Shown here piece after piece: positions 1 through 9,856 of a DNA stretch of 64,000 nt (the stretch's first letter is position 1; every line of letters starts with the position of its first letter). A model generated the notes under the pieces. That model saw only the letters and a program-made list of their open reading frames with translations, did no database searches and was not told the origin of the DNA. Both the position numbers and the translations under genes were made by a program. The stretch spans positions 164,643 to 228,642 of the forward strand of contig PBSN01000008.1 in the NCBI GenBank assembly GCA_002726235.1. The letters are read 5' to 3'. The DNA comes from Nitrospiraceae bacterium (GTDB lineage: Bacteria; Nitrospirota; Nitrospiria; Nitrospirales; UBA2166).

Positions 1-131
1 ACGGCAATCCGGGTTGTGAGTGGAGGTAAGGTGCCTGTCCATCGTCGACGCGGAAGCCCTCCAATAATGGCTTCTCCTCCAAGCCACTCTGAGGCTGTAA
101 TGTCGGGGTGTGGTTTGAGATTCTGGCTCAC
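1..131 (-). CDS. Possible 5' end of a gene running off the window edge
   Basis: GTG at 131 opens a frame (VSQNLKPHPDITASEWLGGEAIIGGLPRRRW...) with no stop before position 1; too short to identify. Confidence 0.25.
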   Translation of the reverse strand, partial: MSQNLKPHPDITASEWLGGEAIIGGLPRRRWTGTLPPLTTRIA

Positions 132-312
132 GTACTAGCCACCATATTCCATTCTAGGCAAGAATGTGTCGGCGAGTCAAGTTACGACCATGTGTTTCGG
201 AGTGAGTATAAAGTCTTTATGTGGATAGGAAACGTATTTTCTTTTGAACACACACTGACTGACACTGATGCTGTCGACAATAGCACAGTGCGCAATGTGA
301 AAAGGGGGAAGT

Positions 313-468
313 ATGGAAGTAGAGTCTGGAGGAAAAAGGCCTGTTCGGCGACGGGAACTACCCATTGTCTCAGATGACTCAGAAGACATGGAACAAGCCA
401 TGCGTGAGTTCTTCGATGAAGAGAAAGTCACGCATCAGCATGGAGAAGCTAAACCGGAACGAGACTAA
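313..468 (+). CDS. Small acidic hypothetical protein (51 aa), absent from the ORF track
   Basis: AAAAGGGGGAAGT directly before ATG 313; translates MEVESGGKRPVRRRELPIVSDDSEDMEQAMREFFDEEKVTHQHGEAKPERD; TAA 466-468. Confidence 0.5.
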   Translation: MEVESGGKRPVRRRELPIVSDDSEDMEQAMREFFDEEKVTHQHGEAKPERD

Positions 469-1174
469 AGAAGACTGCAATCAGGACCCTTCTCTTGGTG
501 TTCTTTATGTCGTCAGTACGCCGATTGGGAATCTCGAGGATATTACCATTCGGGCTCTTCGTGTTCTCAAGGAGGTCAGGATCGTTGCAGCGGAGGATAC
601 GCGGCATACTCAGAAGCTTTTAAGTCATTATCATATCCATACTACGCTTACTAGTTATCATGACTTCAACAAAGAGCATAAGACCCCACTTCTCCTTCAA
701 CGACTTCGAGAAGGGCAGGATATTGCTTTGGTCTCCGACGCTGGGACGCCTGTCATTTCTGATCCCGGCTATTTTCTCATCACTCGGTGTGTGCTGAGCG
801 GTATCAAGGTTGTTCCTCTCCCCGGAGCGTCGGCAGTGCTGGCGGCTTTGTCGGTTTCCGGTTTGCCGAGTGATACGTTTCTCTTTGAAGGATTTCTTCC
901 TAGGCGGAGTGTCGCAAGACTGAAACGATTGGCTGCACTTAAGACTGAAGGACATACACTTATTATTTTCGAGTCTCCGCATCGTGTGGGAAAAACACTC
1001 GCTGATATAAAAACTGTGATGGGTGCCCGACGCGCTGTGCTTGCGCGCGAGCTAACCAAAAAGTTCGAAGAGATCATTCGCGGGACGCTCGATGATCTTA
1101 TCCATTGTACAGAAACACGTAATCTCAAAGGGGAGATGACGCTATTGGTGGCAGCAGAAAAAGTTGAATGCTAA
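440..1174 (+). CDS. rsmI: 16S rRNA C1402 2'-O-methyltransferase
   Basis: LYVVSTPIGNLEDIT, AAEDTR, LVSDAGTPVISDPG, FESPHR, ARELTKKFEE motifs; ATG 440 preferred over TTG 365. Confidence 0.96.
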   Translation: MEKLNRNETKEDCNQDPSLGVLYVVSTPIGNLEDITIRALRVLKEVRIVAAEDTRHTQKLLSHYHIHTTLTSYHDFNKEHKTPLLLQRLREGQDIALVSDAGTPVISDPGYFLITRCVLSGIKVVPLPGASAVLAALSVSGLPSDTFLFEGFLPRRSVARLKRLAALKTEGHTLIIFESPHRVGKTLADIKTVMGARRAVLARELTKKFEEIIRGTLDDLIHCTETRNLKGEMTLLVAAEKVEC

Positions 1175-1446
1175 GAGGTGTGCTTTTGTATCCACAGTCG
1201 TGCGTAAGATTCCAGCGGCTCAATCCTAAGAATGGTATATCCCTCTATCTCTACGCTTGCTCGCACGTTTTTTAATGGTTCGCCATGGTCGATGGTAACG
1301 ATGAGGATAGCTCCATTCTCCATGTCTTCAAGCCGAAGCTTGGTTTTGACAAAATTGAACGGGCACATGATGCCTCTAAGGTCTAGCTCCTCATCGGCCG
1401 TGAGTGCGGTATCCTGCATGGTGAGATAGGGTAAATGTTCCATCAT
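1171..1446 (-). CDS. TusA/SirA-family sulfur carrier
   Basis: LDLRGIMCPFNFVKTK (CPxx motif), 91 aa; divergent from Moco genes. Confidence 0.88.
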   Translation of the reverse strand: MMEHLPYLTMQDTALTADEELDLRGIMCPFNFVKTKLRLEDMENGAILIVTIDHGEPLKNVRASVEIEGYTILRIEPLESYARLWIQKHTS

Positions 1447-1467
1447 GCTCTCTTAACTTGCCCCGCA

Positions 1468-1497
1468 AGACTACGGATGCTGCTTTGTGTATGTCAA
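1468..1497 (-). promoter_or_regulatory. Sigma70-type promoter for the tusA-like gene
   Basis: Minus strand TTGACA (1497-1492), 18 nt spacer, TAGTCT (1473-1468). Confidence 0.55.
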
Positions 1498-1512
1498 GGT
1501 GCTCTTCGTTGT

Positions 1513-1542
1513 TTGACAGAAATTCTTACCCCATTTTATAAT
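1513..1542 (+). promoter_or_regulatory. Consensus sigma70 promoter for the moa operon
   Basis: TTGACA 1513-1518, 18 nt spacer, TATAAT 1537-1542. Confidence 0.75.
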
Positions 1543-1570
1543 GCTTCCTTCGTAATTTCACACGAAACCC

Positions 1571-2110
1571 ATGAAAATGGATGATTTAACACATTTTAAC
1601 GCGGATGGTAGAGCTAGGATGGTGGATGTGGGTGCAAAGGCGATGACCAATCGCACTGCAATGGCTCAGGCACGCGTTCTCATGCAACCCGAGACGCTTG
1701 TCAGAATTAGGGAGGGCCAGATTGCCAAAGGCGATGTACTGGCCGTCGCGCAAGTCGCAGGGACGATGGGAGCAAAACGAACGCCTGACCTCGTTCCCAT
1801 GTGTCATCCGCTACTGATTACAAGCGTCAACATGGCATTTAAGCATGACGTGACACCAGATGTGGATGGGCTTGGTAATATCTTAATTACTGCAGAGGTC
1901 AAAACGACTGGTCAGACTGGAGTAGAAATGGAAGCTCTGACCGCGGTTTCTATAGCGGCGCTTACAATCTATGACATGTGCAAGGCGATTGATCGAGGAA
2001 TGACAGTTACTGATGTGTGCGTACAGTCCAAAGCTGGCGGGAAATCGGGGACCTATAGACGACCATTGATGCGAGAGCATGATGCGACAATTGCAGCAGG
2101 GGAATCGTGA
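1571..2110 (+). CDS. moaC: Cyclic pyranopterin monophosphate synthase
   Basis: [44 protein letters not shown]. Confidence 0.97.
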   Translation: MKMDDLTHFNADGRARMVDVGAKAMTNRTAMAQARVLMQPETLVRIREGQIAKGDVLAVAQVAGTMGAKRTPDLVPMCHPLLITSVNMAFKHDVTPDVDGLGNILITAEVKTTGQTGVEMEALTAVSIAALTIYDMCKAIDRGMTVTDVCVQSKAGGKSGTYRRPLMREHDATIAAGES

Positions 2111-2116
2111 TGGGGA

Positions 2117-2821
2117 GTGATGACGATTAAGTTATTTGGGATACTGAAAGACCTAGCTGGCGGTAGGGATGAAGTGGTATGGCATCCTAGCCAAAATAGC
2201 CATTTGGTCAAGGATTTTGTGTGTGAACTTACCGGTCAGTTTCCTCAACTAGGAGAACTGATTCAAGAGAACAAGGTGATGATTTCGGTGAATCACGAGA
2301 TTGCAACAGATGAAATGTCCATTCACGCTGATGATGAGGTTGCGCTCCTTCCTCCATTTGCAGGGGGGGCTGGTACTCTTTCTGTTGCAGAAGAAGAATC
2401 TGTCTTGGTTCGCGTACAGCGGGAAACTTTTTCCGTTGATCAGGAGATTGACCGTGTTCGAAACAGTTCAAAGATGATTGGTGGAATTAATGTGTTTTTG
2501 GGAACCGCGAGGGAGCGTTCGCAGGGGCGGGATGTGTCTAGAATGACCTTTGAATACTATGAAGGGATGGCGCAGAAAACAATGAGAGAAATCCGTGAGC
2601 GAGCCCTCAAGCAGTTTGATATTCGTGAGGTTCTCCTCATCCACCGATATGGGGAAATTGATATTGGCGAGAACATTGTCCTGATTGTTGTCGGTGCCGA
2701 ACACAGGGCTGATGCATTCAAAGCCTGCCAATGGTGCATTGATGAGCTGAAACAAATCACTCCTATTTGGAAGCTCGAGACAACTCCGTCCGGCAAAGTA
2801 TGGGTGGAGCAGCACCCTTGA
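2117..2821 (+). CDS. moaDE: Fused molybdopterin synthase sulfur carrier and catalytic subunit (MoaD-MoaE)
   Basis: N-terminal ubiquitin-like domain ending DEVALLPPFAGG; C-terminal MoaE motifs YEGMA, HRYGEI, AEHRADAF, IDELK..PIWKLE. Confidence 0.92.
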   Translation: MMTIKLFGILKDLAGGRDEVVWHPSQNSHLVKDFVCELTGQFPQLGELIQENKVMISVNHEIATDEMSIHADDEVALLPPFAGGAGTLSVAEEESVLVRVQRETFSVDQEIDRVRNSSKMIGGINVFLGTARERSQGRDVSRMTFEYYEGMAQKTMREIRERALKQFDIREVLLIHRYGEIDIGENIVLIVVGAEHRADAFKACQWCIDELKQITPIWKLETTPSGKVWVEQHP

Positions 2822-3834
2822 TGCTTGCAGATTTCTATCACAGGGAACTTCGCGATCTTAGGATTTCTGTCACAGATCGATGTAATTTTCGGTGTACGTA
2901 TTGTATGCCCTTTGATGAATACGTCTGGATTGACCGGGAGAAGCTTCTCACGTTTGAAGAAATTACTCGACTCACGCGCCTTTTTGTTCAGTTGGGTGTA
3001 ACCAAGGTGAGGTTGACGGGGGGGGAACCTCTCTTACGATCTCAACTTGAGGGCTTGATCACACAGCTTGGTGAGGTACCTGGGCTCTCCGATATTTGTC
3101 TCACCACGAATGCGTCTAGATTGGTTGAGAAGGCCACTTCCCTTCGTGCTGCGGGCCTGAGTCGTATCAACATTAGTTTGGATACGTTGGATGGAGAAAA
3201 GTTCAAACGAATAGCCAAACGAGATAAACTTTCAGAAGTCCTTGCGGGCATTTTCGCTGCAAAAGCAAGCGGGTTTAAACCAATTAAGATTAATATGGTT
3301 GTGGAGCGTGGTGTCAACGATGACGAGATCATCTCGATGATAGAATTTTGCCGAGAGCATGAACTCTCGCTTCGGTTTATCGAGTACATGGATGTGGGCA
3401 ATGCAAACACTTGGAGTTCGAGTAAGATTGTGTCTAAGAAGGAAATACTTGAGCGGATTAGCAACTTTTACCCGACTCAGGATGGAGGTCGGGAGAAGGC
3501 CAGCGATCCAGCCGTCCAGTATGCGTTTTCGGATCGTCGTGGAGATATTGGATTTATTGCATCAGTCACTGAACCGTTTTGCACTAACTGTACGCGCGCG
3601 CGCTTAACTGCCGATGGGAAGTTCGTAACGTGTTTGTTCTCAAACGATGGTCTTGATCTCAAGACGATTCTGCGAGGTGGTGCCACAGATGAAGTCGTGA
3701 CTGAGCTCATCACATCGGCATGGCAAAAGCGATCGGATCGGTATTCGGATGAACGTTTCGAAGCGCTCAACTCTTCCGAAGGGTATGATCCTCGTCTGCA
3801 GAAGAAGATAGAAATGATTACATTAGGTGGGTAG
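2821..3834 (+). CDS. moaA: GTP 3',8-cyclase (radical SAM)
   Basis: LRISVTDRCNFRCTYCM, second cluster FCTNCTRARL...C, C-terminal GG; TGATG coupling to the upstream stop. Confidence 0.97.
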   Translation: MLADFYHRELRDLRISVTDRCNFRCTYCMPFDEYVWIDREKLLTFEEITRLTRLFVQLGVTKVRLTGGEPLLRSQLEGLITQLGEVPGLSDICLTTNASRLVEKATSLRAAGLSRINISLDTLDGEKFKRIAKRDKLSEVLAGIFAAKASGFKPIKINMVVERGVNDDEIISMIEFCREHELSLRFIEYMDVGNANTWSSSKIVSKKEILERISNFYPTQDGGREKASDPAVQYAFSDRRGDIGFIASVTEPFCTNCTRARLTADGKFVTCLFSNDGLDLKTILRGGATDEVVTELITSAWQKRSDRYSDERFEALNSSEGYDPRLQKKIEMITLGG

Positions 3835-3906
3835 GCAATTAAAGAGGGTTTGATATTAAAGCAAAGTGCATGCATCGATAGCATGAGATAATGGAAAGGA
3901 TGACCA

Positions 3907-4185
3907 ATGCCAGTAGTTCATACATCAACAATTAAACGTGCCAGGCAAGCCGAACAACGCCGTCTCCGAAACAAGGCTGTTCTTTCAAGGGTAAAGGGTG
4001 TTGTCAAAAAAACTCGTAGCGCTATTCAAGAGAAGGACAGTAACGCAACAAAAATACAGCTTCAGGCTGCTCAGGTTGCTTTGCACAAAGCAGCATCGAA
4101 AGGGGTCATTCACCGAAATACCGCATCGCGTCGATTATCTCGTCTCGCGCGGGCGGCGAATGCATTGGCATCCTCGTCGAGCTAG
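3907..4185 (+). CDS. rpsT: 30S ribosomal protein S20
   Basis: KRARQAEQRRLRN, KAASKGVIHRNTASRRLSRL; convergent with holA. Confidence 0.95.
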   Translation: MPVVHTSTIKRARQAEQRRLRNKAVLSRVKGVVKKTRSAIQEKDSNATKIQLQAAQVALHKAASKGVIHRNTASRRLSRLARAANALASSSS

Positions 4186-4211
4186 CTTCTCTTCTCGTAT
4201 CATCATATTTC

Positions 4212-5252
4212 TTATGGCACTGTCGTTTCGCGACACAGTGCTATCACCAAGGCGTCGAGTACGATGACGGGAGGCTGTCCACCGAATCCCTTCAAGCGTG
4301 AGTCGGCCTCAGCAATGCTTGCAAATGCAGCCCGCAAGTCATTGGTCGTAAATTGGCCCACCTGTGTCAGCAGCGATTTCACGCGAAATGATGAAAGCCC
4401 GGCAGTCTTTGCCAACGCGTCAGGAGTAAGCCTCGTTCCATTTACATCCTGTGTTAATGATTTTACTTTCCAGAGTTGGCGAAACTGCGTGGTAAGGAGT
4501 GCAAGGAGTCGTAATGGGGGCTCACCCGCCTCGATGGTTGCTCGCATGGTGAGTAGCGCAGAAGCGAGGTCGCGACGCCCAATGGCGTTGCAGATTTCAA
4601 AGACAGAGTCGATTGACTCTCCAGCAAGTAGCGCTTGGATATCTGCGAGGGTTGCGTGTGTGTGGGGTGTAAGGTAGGTTGCAAGCTTATCCAGTTCATG
4701 CTTCACAGTATAGAGGTCTCGTCCGCAAGCGCTTGTCAAAAGGACAATGCCAGGTTCATCAATACGTAGTCCGATGGTTGCGCTATATTGGCGAATCCAG
4801 CGAGGGATATCTCTGCTTAGCAGAGGTGCGCACTCAACTAGGACTGCGGATTTTTTGAGGGTCTGAGTAGCTTTGCTCCGACCATCGAGCTTGGTTCCGA
4901 TTAGCGCTAAGCACGTGCTTGCTACTGGATCTATCACATAGGCCTGGAGGGCGTCTAAAGAACGGGGGCGAAGTTTGTCAATGTGTTTCACCGCTACAAG
5001 ACGACGTGACGCGAAGACAGGCAACGTCTCACAAAACGTGAGAATTTCTTGAGCATCGGAATCTTCTCCAAAAACGAGATCATAGTTGAATGCCTCGGCG
5101 GCATCTTTCAGCGTCGATTTTTTGAGCGCAGCTAGGCACGAATCAAGCAAAAACTCCTCCTCTCCAAGAAAGAGATAGACCGGCGCTGGTATGACTTTGT
5201 TTATCTGGGCAAGAAAGGCGTTTGGTGTTGTCGTTTGTCGCGGTGTGGCCAC
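4212..5252 (-). CDS. holA: DNA polymerase III delta subunit
   Basis: VYLFLGEEEFL, LPVFASRRLV, ELDKL; leuS-lptE-holA synteny. Confidence 0.92.
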   Translation of the reverse strand: MATPRQTTTPNAFLAQINKVIPAPVYLFLGEEEFLLDSCLAALKKSTLKDAAEAFNYDLVFGEDSDAQEILTFCETLPVFASRRLVAVKHIDKLRPRSLDALQAYVIDPVASTCLALIGTKLDGRSKATQTLKKSAVLVECAPLLSRDIPRWIRQYSATIGLRIDEPGIVLLTSACGRDLYTVKHELDKLATYLTPHTHATLADIQALLAGESIDSVFEICNAIGRRDLASALLTMRATIEAGEPPLRLLALLTTQFRQLWKVKSLTQDVNGTRLTPDALAKTAGLSSFRVKSLLTQVGQFTTNDLRAAFASIAEADSRLKGFGGQPPVIVLDALVIALCRETTVP

Positions 5253-5261
5253 GAGAATATC

Positions 5262-5903
5262 TTATTTCTTGGAATTATTCTTCTTATCTTTGCGTTGTTG
5301 GGCTTCGTATCGGCCAAGAAGCTGGCCGATCAGAATATTTGCAAATGACGCACTGGCTTCCTCTATCGCTCGGTCTTGTGCCGATCGATTCAAAGTGAGG
5401 TCTGGACCCAAGTAAAACGCCGCGCTAGCCTTGATCGTCTCGCGCCAAAGAGGTTGTTGCTTCCCGGGGTTCTCTGCTTGGACGACGATCGAAAGTTCGA
5501 CATCCTCTTCAGTGGCAGCACGCTGATCAAACGCTGTGGTTCTTGTACGGTACCGGATGATGCTCCCTCTGACGATAATATCTGCGCTCTGCGCATTGTT
5601 CACCACTTGAATGCCTGGAGTTTTCAACATTGCGTCTTTGATGCCTCTGGTAACCAACAATCCAAGTTTAGGCTCACTGGTTTTATTCTGAAACATGGGT
5701 ATGTCGACATGCAACGTTGATCCTGTCGGATTCCCTGCTCCGTGGCCAAGGTGGTATCCGCATCCAGAGGTGATGAGCACGAAGAAGGCAGAGAACACGA
5801 TGACCAATGCTCTTGAGCGAGACTGGTGCCGAACGTTTTGAGGTTCTGGAGAAACGAGGCTACTGGACCATTCAAAAAAACTCAAGGCATGCTTTTTCAG
5901 CAT
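5262..5903 (-). CDS. lptE: LptE-family LPS assembly lipoprotein
   Basis: Hydrophobic stretch plus lipobox TSGCGY, FQNKTSEP; lies between leuS and holA; start uncertain. Confidence 0.8.
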   Translation of the reverse strand: MLKKHALSFFEWSSSLVSPEPQNVRHQSRSRALVIVFSAFFVLITSGCGYHLGHGAGNPTGSTLHVDIPMFQNKTSEPKLGLLVTRGIKDAMLKTPGIQVVNNAQSADIIVRGSIIRYRTRTTAFDQRAATEEDVELSIVVQAENPGKQQPLWRETIKASAAFYLGPDLTLNRSAQDRAIEEASASFANILIGQLLGRYEAQQRKDKKNNSKK

Positions 5904-5907
5904 CCTG

Positions 5908-8523
5908 CTATACAACGAAATTGACGAGCCGCTGTTCCACATAAATCACCTTGCGGGTTGTCTTGCCCTGTAACCATGAAGACATTTTTGGTTCCTTCCG
6001 TGCCTTTTCGACAACTTGTTCTTCTGTCCAATCAGGGGGGATGCCTTCAACTTTGCCTCGAGTTTTACCGTTGATTTGAATAATGATTGTCAAAGGCTCT
6101 TCCTGAAGGAGTGCGGGATCATGCTGTGGCCATGAAGAGTGAAGAACATGTGAGTCATTGCCCAATGCGTCCCACATTTCTTCAGCGATATGTGGGGCAA
6201 ATGGTGACAAGAGCATCACCAGTGCATCAAGCGCTTCTTTCATGACCCCAAGTGTTTTTGAGTCGTTCTTGATCGCGTCGGTTATCGGGAATCCAAATGC
6301 ATACAGCACATTCACGAGTTCCATGATTGCACTAATGGCGGTGTTGAATTGGAATTCACGTTTGATGTCTTGCGTCACCTTGCGGATGCGATGATGGACC
6401 TGACGGCGTAAGTCTCGTGATGTTTGAGGGATCTCAGTTACAGTGTTCTGCACTGGACTAGGATCGAGAGTTTTGAGGATCTCTACATACTCAGCAACAA
6501 GGCGCCAGACACGATTGAGGAATCTCGCTGCTCCCTCGACTCCGTCATCACTCCATTCCAAGTCTTTTTCTGGTGGTGCGGCAAAGAGTGAAAAGAGCCG
6601 GGCCGTATCGGCGCCATATCGTTTGATCAACTCTTCAGGATCGACAACATTATTTTTTGACTTGGACATCTTCTCGATTCGACCAATTGAAATAGTATTG
6701 CCACAGTGTGTGCAATGGTGGGTGTCTGTCGCATCACTTGGTAGGATAAATCCGTGTTTTGGACAGTGATATGTCTCTTTGCACACCATGCCCTGTGTGA
6801 GCAAATTCGTAAATGGTTCACTGACTGTGGTCAATCCGAGATCTCGAAGGACCTTGGTAAAAAATCGTGCATATAGGAGATGTAGGACGGCGTGTTCAAT
6901 TCCTCCGATATATTGATCAACCGCCATCCAGCGTTGACTTGCGTCAGGTTCGATCGGAAGATCGGTTTGGTGTGGTGAGGTATAGCGCAAAAAATACCAT
7001 GAGGAATCCACGAAGGTATCCATCGTATCAGATTCTCGTGTGGCTTGATTTCCGCAATCTGGACAGGTGGTATGGGCAAATTCAGCAACATTTTTGAGCG
7101 GCGATCCTCTCTTTCCAGTGAACGGAACATCTGGGGGGAGGATTATGGGTAAGTCTTGTTCCGGCACAGGAACTAGTCCGCATGTTGGGCAGATAATCAT
7201 TGGGATCGGGGTGCCCCAATAGCGTTGTCGTGACACTCCCCAATCACGGAGTCGGTAGTGTACCGTTCGGGTTCCATGTTGTTTTTCTTCGATCCACCGC
7301 GCGATCTGAGTCCTTCCGTCCTTGATTGGAAGGGTGGAAAAATTATCTGAGTTGACGAGATATCCGTCTTCTTGCGTGTATGCCTCGTTGAGATTGTTTT
7401 GGTCGAGAGTGCAAGTTGGGTTTTGGATGACAAGTCTGATGGGGAGTCCATATTGCTGCGCAAACTCGAAATCCCGTTGGTCATGTGCTGGAACGGCCAT
7501 AATTGCGCCCGTCCCATATTCATAAAGTACGAAATTGGCAACCCAAATTGGAATCGCATCACCGGTCAATGGATTTCTGGCATAACATCCGGTAAACAGC
7601 CCCTCTTTCGCTGAACTGGCATCGGTGCGGGTGTTTCGATCCTGCCGGCTGATGCGGGTCACAAATTCATGAACCGCCTGTTCTTCTTTCCTGCCCTTGA
7701 CCAACAGATCGACTGCGGGTGATTCAGGTGCTACGCTCATAAATGTTGCACCGAAAATCGTATCTGGGCGTGTGGTGAAAATTCGGATCGATGGGAGTTC
7801 AGGGGGACTATCAATAACTTGGAAATCGACCTCGACGCCATCGCTTTTGCCGATCCAATGCCGTTGCATGCTCAAGACACGTTGTGGCCATCCTGTAAGA
7901 GTGTCGCAGGATGCGAGGAGTTCTTCGGCATAGGCGGTGATTTTAAAAAACCATTGATCCATTTCCTTGGGAAACACCTCGGAATCACAACGCCAGCAAC
8001 GGTTGTCGATCACCTGTTCGTTGGCAAGGACGGTCTCGCATGATTCGCACCAGTTGACAGGAGAACGCTTTTTATAGGCCAGGCCGCGTTGATACATCTT
8101 GAGAAATATCCACTGGTTCCATCGGTAATAGGATGGATTGCAGGTCGCGATTTCCCTAGTCCAGTCATACGAGAGACCAATGCGCTTCAATTGGTCGCGC
8201 ATCGAGGCAATATTGGCCTGAGTCCATTCGGCTGGGTGGATGCCTTTTTCGATCGCGGTATTTTCAGCTGGCAGCCCAAAGGCATCCCACCCCATTGGGT
8301 GGAGAACGTTAAAGCCACGCATGCGATGGAACCTGGCAAGGACGTCTCCGATGGTATAATTTCTGACGTGGCCCATGTGGATACGACCCGATGGGTAGGG
8401 GAACATCTCAAGGCAGTAGTATTTCGGCTGACTCGGATCGTCCTCAACATTGAACGTGCCTTGTTCGGCCCAGTGTGTCTGCCACCGTGCTTCTATTGTC
8501 TGCGGATCGTATTTCGTTTTCAT
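5908..8523 (-). CDS. leuS: Leucine--tRNA ligase
   Basis: [13 protein letters not shown], editing motif FTTRPDT, KMSKS. Confidence 0.98.
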   Translation of the reverse strand: MKTKYDPQTIEARWQTHWAEQGTFNVEDDPSQPKYYCLEMFPYPSGRIHMGHVRNYTIGDVLARFHRMRGFNVLHPMGWDAFGLPAENTAIEKGIHPAEWTQANIASMRDQLKRIGLSYDWTREIATCNPSYYRWNQWIFLKMYQRGLAYKKRSPVNWCESCETVLANEQVIDNRCWRCDSEVFPKEMDQWFFKITAYAEELLASCDTLTGWPQRVLSMQRHWIGKSDGVEVDFQVIDSPPELPSIRIFTTRPDTIFGATFMSVAPESPAVDLLVKGRKEEQAVHEFVTRISRQDRNTRTDASSAKEGLFTGCYARNPLTGDAIPIWVANFVLYEYGTGAIMAVPAHDQRDFEFAQQYGLPIRLVIQNPTCTLDQNNLNEAYTQEDGYLVNSDNFSTLPIKDGRTQIARWIEEKQHGTRTVHYRLRDWGVSRQRYWGTPIPMIICPTCGLVPVPEQDLPIILPPDVPFTGKRGSPLKNVAEFAHTTCPDCGNQATRESDTMDTFVDSSWYFLRYTSPHQTDLPIEPDASQRWMAVDQYIGGIEHAVLHLLYARFFTKVLRDLGLTTVSEPFTNLLTQGMVCKETYHCPKHGFILPSDATDTHHCTHCGNTISIGRIEKMSKSKNNVVDPEELIKRYGADTARLFSLFAAPPEKDLEWSDDGVEGAARFLNRVWRLVAEYVEILKTLDPSPVQNTVTEIPQTSRDLRRQVHHRIRKVTQDIKREFQFNTAISAIMELVNVLYAFGFPITDAIKNDSKTLGVMKEALDALVMLLSPFAPHIAEEMWDALGNDSHVLHSSWPQHDPALLQEEPLTIIIQINGKTRGKVEGIPPDWTEEQVVEKARKEPKMSSWLQGKTTRKVIYVEQRLVNFVV

Positions 8524-8660
8524 GATGGGGTAAATTCCGGACTTCCCAACAAATCCCTTTCCCGTGGCAGGATATGGGCGAAGAATGGGAACCACGGTTC
8601 GCTTCTCAGTATGGCGTTGTTTGTTGTGGAGGCCTTTCTCCCGAATCTACGCCAGAGCGC

Positions 8661-8689
8661 AATCTAGCATAGGTTTTTACAACGGACAA
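8661..8689 (-). promoter_or_regulatory. Putative leuS promoter
   Basis: TTGTCC, 17 nt spacer, TGn-extended TAGATT on the minus strand. Confidence 0.45.
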
Positions 8690-8814
8690 GCTCACGATGG
8701 ACATGAAAACATAGCAAATCTTGCGCGGTCTAGGATGACGGTGGAAGGATGCATTTGGTACTATCGGCGTTATGAATTTTCTGTCACAGGCATGTCACAA
8801 TGGGGGGGCTTAAA

Positions 8815-9819
8815 ATGGGCATCCCATTAATCCAAATGGTGCGAGTCGGTTCGTACATTATGAAGCAAAAATTGGTCGGGAAGAAACGTTTCCCACTTGT
8901 GCTGATGCTTGAGCCGCTTTTCAAGTGCAACCTCGAGTGTCTGGGGTGTGGCAAGATTCAATTTCCAAAAGAAATTCTCGACAAGCAACTTAGCCCACAG
9001 CAGTGTTTTGATGCGGTTGAGGAGTGTAGAGCTCCAATAGTCTCTATTTCAGGTGGCGAACCATTGATTCATCCTGAAATCTATGAGATTGTCGCGGGGC
9101 TGGTGGACCGAAAGAAGTTTGTCTATCTCTGCACCAATGCCAAGCTTGTTATGAAAAGGATCAACGAGTTTACAGCAACCAAGTATCTCACGTTCAGTAT
9201 TCACCTCGATGGCCTTGAAGTAGAACACGACGCTGCTGTACGTGAGCCCGGTGCCTACAAGAAAGCCATTGAGGCGATCAAAGTATTGTTGAAGCGTGGG
9301 TTTCGAGTCACCACCAACTCAACCTTTTTCAACACGGATACCAGTGAGCATATCCGAGCGTTTTTCGATGTTGCGATGGAACTTGGGGTTGAGGGTTTGA
9401 GCATTTCGCCAGGGTACCCCTATGAAAAGGCACCTGATCAAGGAATTTTCCTTGAACGAAAGAAAACTAGATCACTGTTTAAGGAGGTACTCTCCAACCC
9501 GAAGAGTTCGTGGCGGTTTAATCAAACTCCTTTGTTTCTTGATTTCCTCCAAGGAAGGGTCGAATACCAGTGCACTCCGTGGGGCAATCCGACATACAAT
9601 GTATTCGGGTGGCAGCGTCCCTGCTACCTTATGAGTGAAGGTGACTATGCCTCGTCGTTTAAGGAATTGATGGAAGAGACTCCGTGGGGGAAATATGGAC
9701 ATGATAACCATCCCAAATGCGACAATTGCATGGTTCATTCTGGCTATGAGGTGTCTGCCGTGCTTGACTCTGTCTCTTCTTCCTCAAAGATATGGCGTGC
9801 GACTATCGCGTCGCTGTAG
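8815..9819 (+). CDS. hpnH: Adenosylhopane-forming radical SAM enzyme
   Basis: KRFPLVLMLEPLFKCNLECLGCGKI, YQCTPWGNPTYNVFGWQRPCYL, CDNCMVHSGYE typical of HpnH. Confidence 0.93.
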   Translation: MGIPLIQMVRVGSYIMKQKLVGKKRFPLVLMLEPLFKCNLECLGCGKIQFPKEILDKQLSPQQCFDAVEECRAPIVSISGGEPLIHPEIYEIVAGLVDRKKFVYLCTNAKLVMKRINEFTATKYLTFSIHLDGLEVEHDAAVREPGAYKKAIEAIKVLLKRGFRVTTNSTFFNTDTSEHIRAFFDVAMELGVEGLSISPGYPYEKAPDQGIFLERKKTRSLFKEVLSNPKSSWRFNQTPLFLDFLQGRVEYQCTPWGNPTYNVFGWQRPCYLMSEGDYASSFKELMEETPWGKYGHDNHPKCDNCMVHSGYEVSAVLDSVSSSSKIWRATIASL

Positions 9820-9856
9820 ATATGTCATCTAGGCTGGGACCCAGTTTTCGTGCAAT

